Shown: positions 8,547 to 18,312 of the stretch, one piece after another
Numbering within the stretch: the stretch's first letter is position 1
How the letters are laid out: each line of letters starts with the position of its first letter
Source: Promethearchaeota archaeon
GTDB lineage: Archaea; Asgardarchaeota; Thorarchaeia; Thorarchaeales; Thorarchaeaceae
Assembly: GCA_027031765.1 (NCBI GenBank)
Contig: JALVPN010000110.1
Location: forward strand, 1 to 30,979
Direction: 5' to 3'
DNA: 30,979 nucleotides
Notes under the pieces: model-generated
Databases searched by the model: none
The model's input: only the letters and a program-made list of their open reading frames with translations
What the model was told of the DNA's origin: nothing
Made by a program: the position numbers and the translations under genes

Positions 8547-9278
8547 CTAGTATACTGGGGGGTTCCTTCCCGGCCCCTTCCGGTACGCCTCCCGGAGTTT
8601 GTCTGTGACACTCCGGCTGAGGGCCCAGTACCTCTCATACTCGGTGTCGTTCAGTGTGACTAGGCTCAGCAGCCTGCGCAGCCTCATATACAGGTACGGG
8701 TCGCACTCATTGAGGCCACTCAGTATGCGCTTTGCCATCTCACGCCCCCGCATGTATATCCGGTCACACTCTACAAACTCATCTGCAATTGTCCTCACTG
8801 TTTCCGTGTCTGGTACTCTGAACCCCAGCTCTTTCATAATCGCGCCAATGTCCAGCGCTCTCTCAAGATCCGGGGTCGTGCCCGCCGGAAGGCCATCAAA
8901 GCTGCAGGTGGCGATGAATATGTTCTCGGCCGTGGCGCGCCAGCACTTCTGCATTATGTGTGAGTCGCCGTTCCCGGCCGGCTCGTATCCCTGCTGCTCA
9001 ATCAGTCCTGCACGCTCAAGTTCCTTCAGGTGATAGCGCACAGTCTGTGCCTTCACCTCCCGGTCTGGCTCCCTCTCCTGCAAGAGTTCGCGTATCTCGT
9101 TGGTCGTCATGGTGCGGGCACGCAGGGCATGCAGGATTAGCCTCCTGCTCTCGTCGCTGAGTGCACGGACTGCTGCCGCAATCTCCTCCTCACCTGTCAG
9201 GATTCTCAGGGTGTCCACCATCTGTGACCTCCGACTCATCGGCGGGTGTCCCCCGCCGTCTGAATACCTGTCTGGCAT
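8547..9278 (-). CDS. ArsR-like winged-helix transcriptional regulator with a C-terminal domain
   Basis: ALSDESRRLILHAL..MTTNEI..TVRYHLKELERAGLI winged HTH. The start could be at a downstream Met (MSRRSQ or MVDTL). Confidence 0.75.
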   Translation of the reverse strand: MPDRYSDGGGHPPMSRRSQMVDTLRILTGEEEIAAAVRALSDESRRLILHALRARTMTTNEIRELLQEREPDREVKAQTVRYHLKELERAGLIEQQGYEPAGNGDSHIMQKCWRATAENIFIATCSFDGLPAGTTPDLERALDIGAIMKELGFRVPDTETVRTIADEFVECDRIYMRGREMAKRILSGLNECDPYLYMRLRRLLSLVTLNDTEYERYWALSRSVTDKLREAYRKGPGRNPPVY

Positions 9279-9396
9279 CCGGTCTCGGCTACGACGTGCC
9301 GTTGTTAGTCAGCATGATGTTGTCTTCAGCCGCTAGTCGCGGCCGTACGAGAGGCCCTCCCTCTGAGCTCCTCTCGCAATGTTTCTCACGGGGCTT

Positions 9397-9642
9397 CTAT
9401 GCGGGGACATAGATCCACTGACGCATGTCCTGCAGACATGGCACTCTCTTGATCAGCTTCTTCTTGAGCAGCTTCCGAAGTGCGTATCTAACAGTCCTAG
9501 GAGCAAACGACACCTTGTCAAGCAACTGCTTGGGCGTAACACCATCCTTACCATTCTTTCGCAGTATCTCAAGCACTATCATCTGGCTCTTTGTGAGCTT
9601 CAGGTTCTTCAACTCTTCTGCGAGTTCTTGGTCCGTCATCAT
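9397..9642 (-). CDS. Small winged-helix DNA-binding protein (MarR/TrmB-like)
   Basis: LTKSQMIVLEIL..GVTPKQL..RTVRYALRKLLKKKLIKRVP. Start refined to MMTDQ. Confidence 0.8.
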   Translation of the reverse strand: MMTDQELAEELKNLKLTKSQMIVLEILRKNGKDGVTPKQLLDKVSFAPRTVRYALRKLLKKKLIKRVPCLQDMRQWIYVPA

Positions 9643-9832
9643 TTTTCGGTTCACCTTATCTCTGCTGTGCAAACCAGCAGCACACAGTGTGTGCGTCCGC
9701 TCACTACCGTGTCGTAGCCACTTATTAACTTATCGCAGTCAGCAAGCAGCGTGTCGCGGTCAGCCACCGCGTCATCCGTGGGATAAGGACAGGTTCATTA
9801 GTACGACTCGTCACACTGCACCGTGACTGACC

Positions 9833-11116
9833 ATGAAGAAGGCCGCCATACTCGCAGCAGGTAACTCGACACGTATGCTCCCACTCTCAGCCAACACCCC
9901 GAAACACCTCCTACCAGTGGGCGGGACACCCCTGATTTTCCATACTCTCCATGCCCTGGCGCACGCGGGCATCCGTGAGACCCTTGTCATCTACGGCTAC
10001 CGGGGCCATCTACTCCAGTCGGCTATTGACGCCGAGGACTGGGGTGGCATGGCAGTCCGGTATATTGAGCAACGCGAACGACGTGGTACTGCCCATGCAG
10101 CCAGTCACGCCCGCGAGTTCGCCGGCAGCGACCCTGTCCTACTACTCAATGGCGATGTGCTCTTCGGTGCGGGGACGATTGACCAGCTGGTGCGATACCA
10201 CGAGCAGGGGGGTTACAGCCTGACTGTGTCCGTATATCCAGTGGACAACCCATCCGCATATGGTGTACTGGATGTCCGTGATGGCGTGGCGGTCGGTCTG
10301 GTCGAGAAGCCCCCTCCAGGCAAGGCACCCAGCAACCTGATCAACGCAGGCATGTACTGTGCCACGGATGAGCTGTGGGATGCTATTGACAGCATCGAGC
10401 TGTCAGAGCGCAACGAGTACGAGATTACAGATGCCATTGCCAGGCTCATCAGTAAGGGGCGCGTCGGTGCATTCACAGTCCCCTCATGGTGGATTGACAT
10501 TGGGCGCCCATGGGATCTGTTGGAGGCCAACCGGTTCGTCTTGGGCGAGGCCTCATCGCGGATTGATGGTGTGGTCGAGGACGGGGCGACTCTGAAGGGC
10601 ACCGTGATTGTCGAGGCTGACGCGACTGTGCGGGCCGGTGCGTATATCGAGGGGCCTGCCTACATTGGCCATGGCTCCACCGTTGGGCCCAACTGTTACG
10701 TCCGGCCGCATACTTCCCTGTGTGGCCGCGTCAAGATTGGCAACGCCGTGGAGGTCAAGAACTCCATACTCATGGACGGTACGAACGTGGGGCATCTGTC
10801 TTACGTCGGGGACTCTATAATTGGTCAGCACGTGAACTTTGGTGCCGGGACGATTACGGCCAACCTCCGCCATGACAACCGGAACATACGTGTAACAGTG
10901 AAGGGTGAACGGGTGGACTCAGGGCGGCGGAAACTGGGTGCCATTGTGGGCGACAATGTGAAGACTGGGATTGGGACATGCATCGCCCCCGGAGTGGTCA
11001 TCCACCAGGGCGCGCGCACTGGTATGGGCGTGATTGTCGACTGCGACATCCCCCCATATACGCTCGTCCTTGCTCGTCAGCCCCAGACGACAGTGGAGCT
11101 TGAGCTATCAGGATGA
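9833..11116 (+). CDS. glmU: Bifunctional sugar-1-phosphate nucleotidylyltransferase/acetyltransferase (archaeal GlmU)
   Basis: AILAAG.STRM.PL...PK, EQRERRGTA, NGD, VEKP, hexapeptide repeats, HLSYVGDSIIG and NFGAGTITAN. Confidence 0.92.
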   Translation: MKKAAILAAGNSTRMLPLSANTPKHLLPVGGTPLIFHTLHALAHAGIRETLVIYGYRGHLLQSAIDAEDWGGMAVRYIEQRERRGTAHAASHAREFAGSDPVLLLNGDVLFGAGTIDQLVRYHEQGGYSLTVSVYPVDNPSAYGVLDVRDGVAVGLVEKPPPGKAPSNLINAGMYCATDELWDAIDSIELSERNEYEITDAIARLISKGRVGAFTVPSWWIDIGRPWDLLEANRFVLGEASSRIDGVVEDGATLKGTVIVEADATVRAGAYIEGPAYIGHGSTVGPNCYVRPHTSLCGRVKIGNAVEVKNSILMDGTNVGHLSYVGDSIIGQHVNFGAGTITANLRHDNRNIRVTVKGERVDSGRRKLGAIVGDNVKTGIGTCIAPGVVIHQGARTGMGVIVDCDIPPYTLVLARQPQTTVELELSG

Positions 11117-12681
11117 CTGGCAGGCCGCTACAAACACCAAGAGAGTGGAACTCGGTCGTGAAAGACCCTCGCAGAGTGGATGTGCTGTTCGGCTATTGCT
11201 TCCCCTCAAGTTACCGTGCCGGGATGACCAGTCTGAGCACCCACCTCTTCTACGCAGCCCTGAACCAGCGGGAGGACACCTCCTGTGAACGGTACTTCCG
11301 ACACGATGTCCCGTCACCAGGGCACTCCCTTGAGAGTGGCCGGCCCCTATGTGACAACCACATTGTGGGGTTCTCTCTCACCTACGAGGAGGACATCCTC
11401 AATGTTGTCCAGATGCTAGAGGCCGGCGGTGTCACCCCGCTTACCGCCAGACGTTCCCCTGATGACCCGGTTGTAGTCCTTGGTGGTCCTGCTGTGAGTG
11501 CGAACCCCGAGCCGTACGTCGACTTTGTCGACGCCTTCGTGATTGGTGAGGGCGACCTCGTCATCCACCGGATAGTTGACGTAGTCCGTGAGGCCAGCTC
11601 GCGCGACGCAGTCCTCGATGCCCTCGCCGACCTGCCTGGTGTTTATCTCCCTGTACGTGAGCAACCATTCGTCGAACGCATCATACTGCCTGCGCTCGAC
11701 CCGCTGTTCCACCCCACCGCACAGGTGGTGCCGGATGTGGCAACTGGGTCACGGCATGAGCCTGTGTTCGGGCGGTGCCTCCTCGTTGAGGTCACTCGGG
11801 GCTGTGGTCACTCCTGCAAGTTCTGCCTTGTGGGACACATCTGCCGTCCGCGTCGGTCGCGCTCCGTGGGGCGATTGCAGGAGATCATTGATGAGGGCAC
11901 CCGTCTGACCCCGGTCGGAAAGGTGGCACTGATTGGTTCATCCCTTGCCGACATGGGTCGCCTCGAGGAACTGGTCGCATGGACTGTCGACCGTGACCTC
12001 GGCGTTTCTGTGCCGTCACTCCGTGCCGACTCTGTGACAGCCGACCTGCTTGCAGGCCTTGTGATTGGGGGACAGCGGGTGCTGACGATTGCGCCCGAGA
12101 CCGGTTCGGCCCGGCTCCGGTACTCGGTCGGAAAGGCGATAGACGACTCCGTGATAGAGGGGGCCGTGTCACTTGCAGCAAGTGTCGGCATGCGTTCTGT
12201 CAAACTGTACTTCATAGTCGGCCTGCCGGGGGAGACCGATGCCGATGTACATGCCATTGCTGGGCTGGTACGCAGGCTTGCACGCTCTCATGACATCAGG
12301 ATGACCGTCAGCATCACGCCTTTCGTGCCAAAGGCACACACGCGTTTTGAGTCTGCACCACAGTTGCCCGTTCCAGAGATCCGCCGTCGCCTGCGAATGG
12401 TCCTCCAGGGCCTGCGGGACGTGCCCCGTGTCGCAGTCGAGTCGCTCGACCCACGGCATGCCCGCATCCAAGCGGCCCTGTCCATCGGCGACAGGACATT
12501 GGGCCAGGTGATACTCCGTGCGGCGAGCTATGGTGGCCTTGGTGGGTGGCGTCGTGCAGAACGGGAGACCGGCATCCCCATGTTGGGCCTCCCGACAAGG
12601 GACCGGGCCTCTCTCTCCCCGCCTCCGTGGGCCTTCATCCGACACCCGTCGGCGAAAGGCACTAGTCGTGAAAGATTATAA
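11113..12681 (+). CDS. Radical SAM protein with a B12-binding-like N-terminal domain, function unknown
   Basis: EVTRGCGHSCKFC (CxxxCxxC), GGPAVSANPEP, SLRAD, TIAPETGS, KLYFIVGLPGET and FVPKAHT. ATGA overlap with glmU. Confidence 0.85.
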   Translation: MTGRPLQTPREWNSVVKDPRRVDVLFGYCFPSSYRAGMTSLSTHLFYAALNQREDTSCERYFRHDVPSPGHSLESGRPLCDNHIVGFSLTYEEDILNVVQMLEAGGVTPLTARRSPDDPVVVLGGPAVSANPEPYVDFVDAFVIGEGDLVIHRIVDVVREASSRDAVLDALADLPGVYLPVREQPFVERIILPALDPLFHPTAQVVPDVATGSRHEPVFGRCLLVEVTRGCGHSCKFCLVGHICRPRRSRSVGRLQEIIDEGTRLTPVGKVALIGSSLADMGRLEELVAWTVDRDLGVSVPSLRADSVTADLLAGLVIGGQRVLTIAPETGSARLRYSVGKAIDDSVIEGAVSLAASVGMRSVKLYFIVGLPGETDADVHAIAGLVRRLARSHDIRMTVSITPFVPKAHTRFESAPQLPVPEIRRRLRMVLQGLRDVPRVAVESLDPRHARIQAALSIGDRTLGQVILRAASYGGLGGWRRAERETGIPMLGLPTRDRASLSPPPWAFIRHPSAKGTSRERL

Positions 12682-12750
12682 GCAAAAATCCAGAGCTGCA
12701 CTTGAGATACGTCGCTTGTGACTGTGCACTCCACAGTCTGGTGATCCCTC

Positions 12751-13083
12751 ATGTCTGACGAAGACTTCAGGAAGGCATTCCCGGCCCTCAGCAGGGAGCT
12801 GGAGTCCGGGGATACCGTCCGGTATAGAATTGGCGGAGTCCGTACATTGTCCGAAAGTGCAGATCCGGAACCCACTGATCACTTCACACCTGACGTGGTG
12901 GACTTCATCCGGAGGTGTGACACAGAGGAGCAGGCCATGGAGATTGTCGATTTTCTCCTCAAGCGTGGTGAGATTAGCAAGTCGCAGGCTAAGGCAATCA
13001 AGGCACAGCTGAGGACTCAGGGCGTCCGTAGTTTCGGTAGCAAGAAAGAGGCAGGGCACTACCTCCGTCATGGTCTGGGCTGA
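12751..13083 (+). CDS. DUF2095-like archaeal protein
   Basis: FRKAFPALSREL, PDVVDFIRRCDTEEQAMEIVDFLLKRGEIS and GVRSFGSKKE.GHY, recognised from memory of this family. Confidence 0.75.
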   Translation: MSDEDFRKAFPALSRELESGDTVRYRIGGVRTLSESADPEPTDHFTPDVVDFIRRCDTEEQAMEIVDFLLKRGEISKSQAKAIKAQLRTQGVRSFGSKKEAGHYLRHGLG

Positions 13084-13238
13084 GGGCCTGGGCGTGGCAC
13101 GGCTGGTATCTCACAGCAGCAGCCCTTGGCCTGTCAATAGTGCAGCGAGTTCCTTGGGCGTCATCTCAGAGGCCTCCTCTGGTATGTGGTGGTGCCCAAC
13201 AGTGTCCGGTGGACTGTGCACCATACAATGCTCCCTGT

Positions 13239-14639
13239 TCACGGTGGGGTGTACACACCACGTTCTTTTGCCCACGCTATTGTTTCTGGGTCACACCGCT
13301 TGAGTTCCCTTTCTGGGAACTCGCTCAACAGCTTCCAGCCTATGTCGAGGGTCTCCTCAAATGACCGGTCCTCGTATTCCCCCTGGTCTATGAACTGCTG
13401 TTCGAACTCGTCCGCAAACTTGAGGTACTTCTGGTCCCGGTCTGTGAGCGCTTCGCTCCCGACCACCGCCACGAGGTCTCGCAGGTCTCGTCCCTCTGAG
13501 TATCCGTAATAGAGCTGTGCCTGTACCTCCTTGTGGTCGAAGCGGGTCATCCCCTCGCCAATACCTTCCTTCATCAGTCTGCTGAGTGATGGCCCCGGGT
13601 CTATTGGCGGGTATATGCCCCTCCTGTGGAGGCTGCGGCTGACGATTATCTGCCCCTCAGTAATGTACCCGCTGAGGTCTGGGATTGGGTGTGTCATGTC
13701 GTCTTGGGGCATTGACAGGATTGGCATCTGAGTAATGGTGCCCTTGCGGCCCCTGATCCGGCCAGCACGCTCGTATATCATGCTCAGGTCTGTATACAAG
13801 TAGCCCGGATAACCACGCCGTCCCGGGACCTCAGACCTGGCAGCACTGATTTCACGAAGGGCCTCCGCATAGTTCGTCATGTCTGTCAGCAGTACCAGCA
13901 CATGCATGTCAGCCTCGTAGGCAAGGTACTCGGCTGCGGTGAGGGCTGCACGCGGTGTGATTATTCTCTCTATCGCAGGGTCATTCGCGAGGTTCAGGAA
14001 AAGGGCCGTGTGGTCGAGGGCCCCAGTCTTCTCAAAGGAGCTTATGAAGTACTGCGCCTCAGTAGCCGTAATGCCCATTGCTGCGAACACGATGGCGAAC
14101 TCCTCCTCCTGGCCGGGAATCTTGGCCTGCCTCACAATCTGGGCTGCAATGCGGTTGTGTGGCAGTCCGGCACCAGAGAAGATTGGGAGCTTCTGTCCAC
14201 GTACCAGCGTGTTGAGCCCGTCAATGACCGATAGCCCGGTCTGGATTGGCTGTCTCGGATACTGTCTGGCATACGGGTTGATGGGCGAGCCATAGATGTC
14301 CCACCTGTCCTCAGCATGTAGTGGTGGTCCGCCATCCAGCGGCCTGCTGGAGCCGTCTAGGACTCTGCCAAGTATGTCCATTGACACCGGCAGCTTCAGG
14401 GTCTCGCCGGTGAAGCGGACGGCAGTTGTGTCCGTGTCCAGTCCGCTCGTGCCCTCGAACACTTGTACGACCGCCCGTCCGCGGCCTGTTTCCAGGACGG
14501 TCCCGGTGAGCAGGTCCCCGTTCGGTGCAAGGATTTTCACGACCTCATTGTATGCAACATGATGGGTGTTCTCTACTACGATGATGGGGCCTCTCACATC
14601 AGAAACGGTCCGGTATACAACAGATGAGTGCTTTGACAT
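13239..14639 (-). CDS. atpB: A/V-type ATP synthase subunit B
   Basis: [62 protein letters not shown] and [16 protein letters not shown]. Confidence 0.97.
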   Translation of the reverse strand: MSKHSSVVYRTVSDVRGPIIVVENTHHVAYNEVVKILAPNGDLLTGTVLETGRGRAVVQVFEGTSGLDTDTTAVRFTGETLKLPVSMDILGRVLDGSSRPLDGGPPLHAEDRWDIYGSPINPYARQYPRQPIQTGLSVIDGLNTLVRGQKLPIFSGAGLPHNRIAAQIVRQAKIPGQEEEFAIVFAAMGITATEAQYFISSFEKTGALDHTALFLNLANDPAIERIITPRAALTAAEYLAYEADMHVLVLLTDMTNYAEALREISAARSEVPGRRGYPGYLYTDLSMIYERAGRIRGRKGTITQMPILSMPQDDMTHPIPDLSGYITEGQIIVSRSLHRRGIYPPIDPGPSLSRLMKEGIGEGMTRFDHKEVQAQLYYGYSEGRDLRDLVAVVGSEALTDRDQKYLKFADEFEQQFIDQGEYEDRSFEETLDIGWKLLSEFPERELKRCDPETIAWAKERGVYTPP

Positions 14640-14717
14640 GACACGGGGCCGCCTTTGCTAGGTCTTGCAGCTGCGCCTCGCGTAGCGTGCATGCGCTTTA
14701 AGACTTTATGTACGGGC

Positions 14718-15059
14718 TCACATGCTGGGCTCCTGTACTGTGTTGTCCGGATCCTGCTCTTCTATGGGCTCGACCACATAGTGCCCGCCCTCCATCCTGA
14801 GTGCCGCGCCACGCACAAGCGCAGCTGCTATCTTGTTCCTTGCAGAGGCCAGTATCCTGTTGAATGTTGGCTGGCTCACGTCCATCATTTCACTCGCCTC
14901 TCGCTGGTCGAGCCCCTCAAAGTCTGCGAGCCGGATGGCCTCGAACTCGTCCACAGTGAGCAGTATCTCTTCCAGCTCTCGGGCCGGTATGCCTGCAGGT
15001 TTGTAGACTGTGACTGGCGGTGTACACCTCACTCTTCTACAGCGCTTCCTGCGTGGCAT
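14718..15059 (-). CDS. DUF134-type HTH DNA-binding protein
   Basis: MPRRKRCRRV..YKPAG..LTVDEFEAIRLADFEGLDQREA..M.VSQPTF.RIL.SAR.KIA.ALV.G. Confidence 0.88.
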   Translation of the reverse strand: MPRRKRCRRVRCTPPVTVYKPAGIPARELEEILLTVDEFEAIRLADFEGLDQREASEMMDVSQPTFNRILASARNKIAAALVRGAALRMEGGHYVVEPIEEQDPDNTVQEPSM

Positions 15060-15153
15060 GACCGGGCGGTTCGTCCGTTCTCTGAAAAGACTTACGCAGT
15101 GCCAGTCCATTGATGTTTTAAGCAGATGCAGCAGCAGTGAACAGTGGTGCCAG

Positions 15154-16236
15154 ATGACTAGTACATGCTACCTCTGTGGAGCACCCTCCACTGTGGAGGG
15201 TCTCTGTGCGTCCTGCTATTCCCGGGAGCACCCACTAGTCCGTGTGCCGGCCACAATAACAGTTGTTGTGTGCAAGCGGTGCGGTGCTGTCAAGGTTCCC
15301 AGGGGCTGGCAGGTGCTCGACCACTCCCGCATGGGCCCCGATGGCCCCCTCCGACAGCAAGTGCAGGTCGCTCTCGGACAGCATGTGACACACCTCGTGC
15401 CAGGTGTTCAATTGGGGGTCGAGTTCGGGCGCCGCCTCGACCGTGTGCTGGAACTCACACTGACGGCATCTGGCAGGCCACACCCCTCTCTACCACCCTG
15501 CCGTGAGCAGCACAGCCTACAGGTCCGGTTTGAGTACAATACTTGCACCACATGTAGCATGATGAGTGGTGGGTACCATGAGGCTGTCCTCCAGATCCGT
15601 GCAGATGGCCGACACTTGACCGAGGCGGAGGAGTCTGAGATCGCCACACTCGTCATGGATCATCTAGAAGCCGAGTATGGCCGTGACACCAAGGCGTTCA
15701 TATCGAAGGTCACCCGGACACGACACGGGATTGACCTTCTCGTCGGTTCTGAACACCTGTGCAGGAAGATTGCTGACGACCTCGAGTCGCGATACCTTGC
15801 TATGAGAAAGGAGAACTACAAGGTAATCGGCCAGACACGTGGTGGCAAGGACAAGTATCGTATCACAGTCCTCATCCGGCTCCAGCGTTTCTCTGTTGGC
15901 GACTTTGTCCGGGTGATGGGTCGTCCCTGTCAGGTGCTCGCACTGGGCCGTGGCGGCCTCACTTGCTACGACCTCCAGTCCCATAACAGCTTCACCGTGA
16001 GCAGGAGGAGTGCCAAATGGCGTACAGTCGAGTTCATTGCGCCGGCCTCCGCCAAACGGGACTATATGGTCGTGTCACAGAGTTACGGCCAGCCCATACA
16101 ACTCATGGATATGGTGACGTATGAAACGGTAGAGTTGGATGACGGCCCTCCCTTGGCCTCCGTGGGGGTGGGAGCCATTGTGTCTGCGCTCCCACTCGAC
16201 GGCAGACTATACGTCCTGCCCGCTGGTGGCCCATGA
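15154..16236 (+). CDS. nmd3: NMD3 family large-subunit biogenesis factor
   Basis: CYLCG..LCASC, CKRCG, CTTCS.MSGGYHEAVLQIR and a C-terminal SH3/OB (eIF5A-like) region with QLMDMVTYET. Start refined to the ATG at 15154. Confidence 0.9.
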   Translation: MTSTCYLCGAPSTVEGLCASCYSREHPLVRVPATITVVVCKRCGAVKVPRGWQVLDHSRMGPDGPLRQQVQVALGQHVTHLVPGVQLGVEFGRRLDRVLELTLTASGRPHPSLPPCREQHSLQVRFEYNTCTTCSMMSGGYHEAVLQIRADGRHLTEAEESEIATLVMDHLEAEYGRDTKAFISKVTRTRHGIDLLVGSEHLCRKIADDLESRYLAMRKENYKVIGQTRGGKDKYRITVLIRLQRFSVGDFVRVMGRPCQVLALGRGGLTCYDLQSHNSFTVSRRSAKWRTVEFIAPASAKRDYMVVSQSYGQPIQLMDMVTYETVELDDGPPLASVGVGAIVSALPLDGRLYVLPAGGP

Positions 16237-16385
16237 CACTCACGTGGTGTTCCGGTTGTGGTGCAGGGTGTGTACGGCCCCCTGCGCCTTCCGTGGGCCC
16301 TCCATGTCGGTACGCTTAAATGCTCACTCTTCGAGCTCACCTGTAGCCTAGAAACATTCGTCCGGCTATCAAGTGGAGGATTATT

Positions 16386-16715
16386 TTGGCACGTCGCGGT
16401 AAACCGTCCAACCAGCAGCCTGCTGATGCAGAGCCACAGAGAGTACGTGTCCCGGACCGAGAGGCCGGGGAACTGTTTGCAACAATCATTCAGATGTTGG
16501 GGTTTGACAGAGTTCGTGTGAGGTGCGAGGACGGCAACATACGCATCGCCCGGATTCCGGGGCGGATGAAGAAGCGAGTATGGATGCGTGTCGGTGACCT
16601 TGTACTCATCGTGCCATGGAGCTTTCAGAGTGACCAAAAGGCCGATGTCGTATGGAGATACAAGGCCAATGAGATTGACTGGCTGGAAAGACGTGGAATC
16701 CTCAAGATGTTCTGA
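16386..16715 (+). CDS. eif1a: Translation initiation factor aIF-1A
   Basis: RVRVP...MLGFDRVRVRCEDG..RIARIPGRMKKRVWMRVGD.V...PW. TTG start with GGAGG 6 nt upstream. Confidence 0.97.
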   Translation: MARRGKPSNQQPADAEPQRVRVPDREAGELFATIIQMLGFDRVRVRCEDGNIRIARIPGRMKKRVWMRVGDLVLIVPWSFQSDQKADVVWRYKANEIDWLERRGILKMF

Positions 16716-16901
16716 CGGGCGGCTCCGGCAGCGCGTCTGTGCTCGTGAGCAGTCAGCAGTGTTCTTTGTCAAGCGCAGTAATGACCTCCGTTTCACTGGG
16801 GCCCGTCCGTTTCCGTACGGTCAGTCATTCAGTTGTTTCGATGGGCTGCGTTTGCAAGTGTTTTTCAGCATGCGGGCCAGTATATGTCATTTGAGGTGCA
16901 C

Positions 16902-17711
16902 ATGAGTAAGGGGTTGGGTGACTGTGACATGAGGCGCATCGATACCAAACGCAAGCTTATCGAGGCCGAGCTGGAAAGGCGGCGGATGCGGCAGCGAGAT
17001 GCTGATGACCTCAAGGTGGTAGAGGGTGTCATCGACACGCCCACTTTGAAGGCCGTATACAAGCTACTAAACCGTGGGACACTCCGTGCGCTCTATGGTG
17101 CAGTCAGCACAGGAAAGGAGGCCAACGTATACAGGGGCATCGATGCGCAGGGCAAGGCAATCGCTGTAAAGATATACCGTGTCACAACAGCAGAGTCCGA
17201 CTTCATGCTTGAGTACATCGTTGGCGACCCCAGGTTCGGGCGCGTCCGGCGGAGGAGCCGCGCACTGATTACACAGTGGGCAATGAAAGAGTTCAAGAAC
17301 CTCCAGCGATATCATGCGGCCCGAATTCGTGTACCCGTTCCAGTTGACATTCAGCGCAATGTCCTCGTTATGGAGTTCATTGGGGACGCCGAGTCTGGAG
17401 TTCCCGCGCCCCTCCTCAAGGATGCGGAACTCCCCTCGCCCGTTGACACGTACAATGAGATAGTCGACATGATTGAACGGGGCTACAGGGTTGCGCAGCT
17501 CGTGCATGCAGACCTCAGCGAGTACAACATCCTCTGGTGGGACGGGCCAGTGTTCATTGACGTGTCGCAGGCCGTGCTGACTGGGCATGACAATGCCACA
17601 CGGTATCTCTATCGTGACATTCAAAACATCTCGCGTTTCTTCAGAAAGCTGGGCGTTGACACAGAAGAGCCCGAAGTGATAGTGCAGCACATCATGTCGT
17701 CTGGTGAGTAG
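16902..17711 (+). CDS. rio1: RIO1 serine kinase/ATPase
   Basis: STGKEANVY, AVKIYR, WAMKEFKNL, VHADLSEYNIL and IDVSQAV. ATG at 16902 preceded by GAGGTG. Confidence 0.95.
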   Translation: MSKGLGDCDMRRIDTKRKLIEAELERRRMRQRDADDLKVVEGVIDTPTLKAVYKLLNRGTLRALYGAVSTGKEANVYRGIDAQGKAIAVKIYRVTTAESDFMLEYIVGDPRFGRVRRRSRALITQWAMKEFKNLQRYHAARIRVPVPVDIQRNVLVMEFIGDAESGVPAPLLKDAELPSPVDTYNEIVDMIERGYRVAQLVHADLSEYNILWWDGPVFIDVSQAVLTGHDNATRYLYRDIQNISRFFRKLGVDTEEPEVIVQHIMSSGE

Positions 17712-18282
17712 AGTAATGTTGTACCATGAAACAATCCGGGTGCCACTAGAACGGGTCGGCGTCATTGTGGGCCGCAATGGACGGGTAAAACGACGGGTTG
17801 AAGAGTTGACAAATGCCCGGGTTGATGTATCACACGACGGTGTAGTGACGATTACGAGCCCTGAGGACAATGAGGACCCGGTCCTCCTCTGGAAGGCACG
17901 CGACATGGTGCGGGCCATGGCCCGTGGCTTCAGTCCAAGCCGTGCCCTCTCTCTTGTAGACGACGACTATCGTCTGGTGGTAATCTCCCTCCGTGACTTT
18001 GTCGGGACATCCCCGAACCAGCAGCGTCGGGTTGCAGGCCGGATCATAGGTGAGCATGGTAGGACGCGCAGACTGATTGAACAGACCACTGAAACCATGG
18101 TATCTGTGTATGGGCGCACGGTGTCAATCATCGGTACGAGTCCAGGTCTCGAGTATGCTCAGCGTGCCATCATGATGCTCATCGATGGTGCGCCTCACGG
18201 TGTTGTGTACGCGCGCCTAGAGCAGATGCGCCGTGAGCTCAACCGCTATCATGCGGAGATCTGGGAGTCCTCAGTGCGGTAG
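17704..18282 (+). CDS. KH-domain small-subunit processing protein (Dim2/Pno1 family)
   Basis: RVGVIVGRNG.VK, KARDMVRAMARGFSP and GRIIGEHGRTR, which give two KH GxxG loops. Confidence 0.92.
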   Translation: MSRVMLYHETIRVPLERVGVIVGRNGRVKRRVEELTNARVDVSHDGVVTITSPEDNEDPVLLWKARDMVRAMARGFSPSRALSLVDDDYRLVVISLRDFVGTSPNQQRRVAGRIIGEHGRTRRLIEQTTETMVSVYGRTVSIIGTSPGLEYAQRAIMMLIDGAPHGVVYARLEQMRRELNRYHAEIWESSVR

Positions 18283-18312
18283 CGTGGCTGTTGTTGCTCT
18301 GGTATCAGTAAC

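Noticed and set aside
13160-13241. Selenocysteine or other readthrough of the atpB TGA
   Set aside because: AtpB is already full length, the downstream frame has no homology signal and no SECIS-like stem could be folded.
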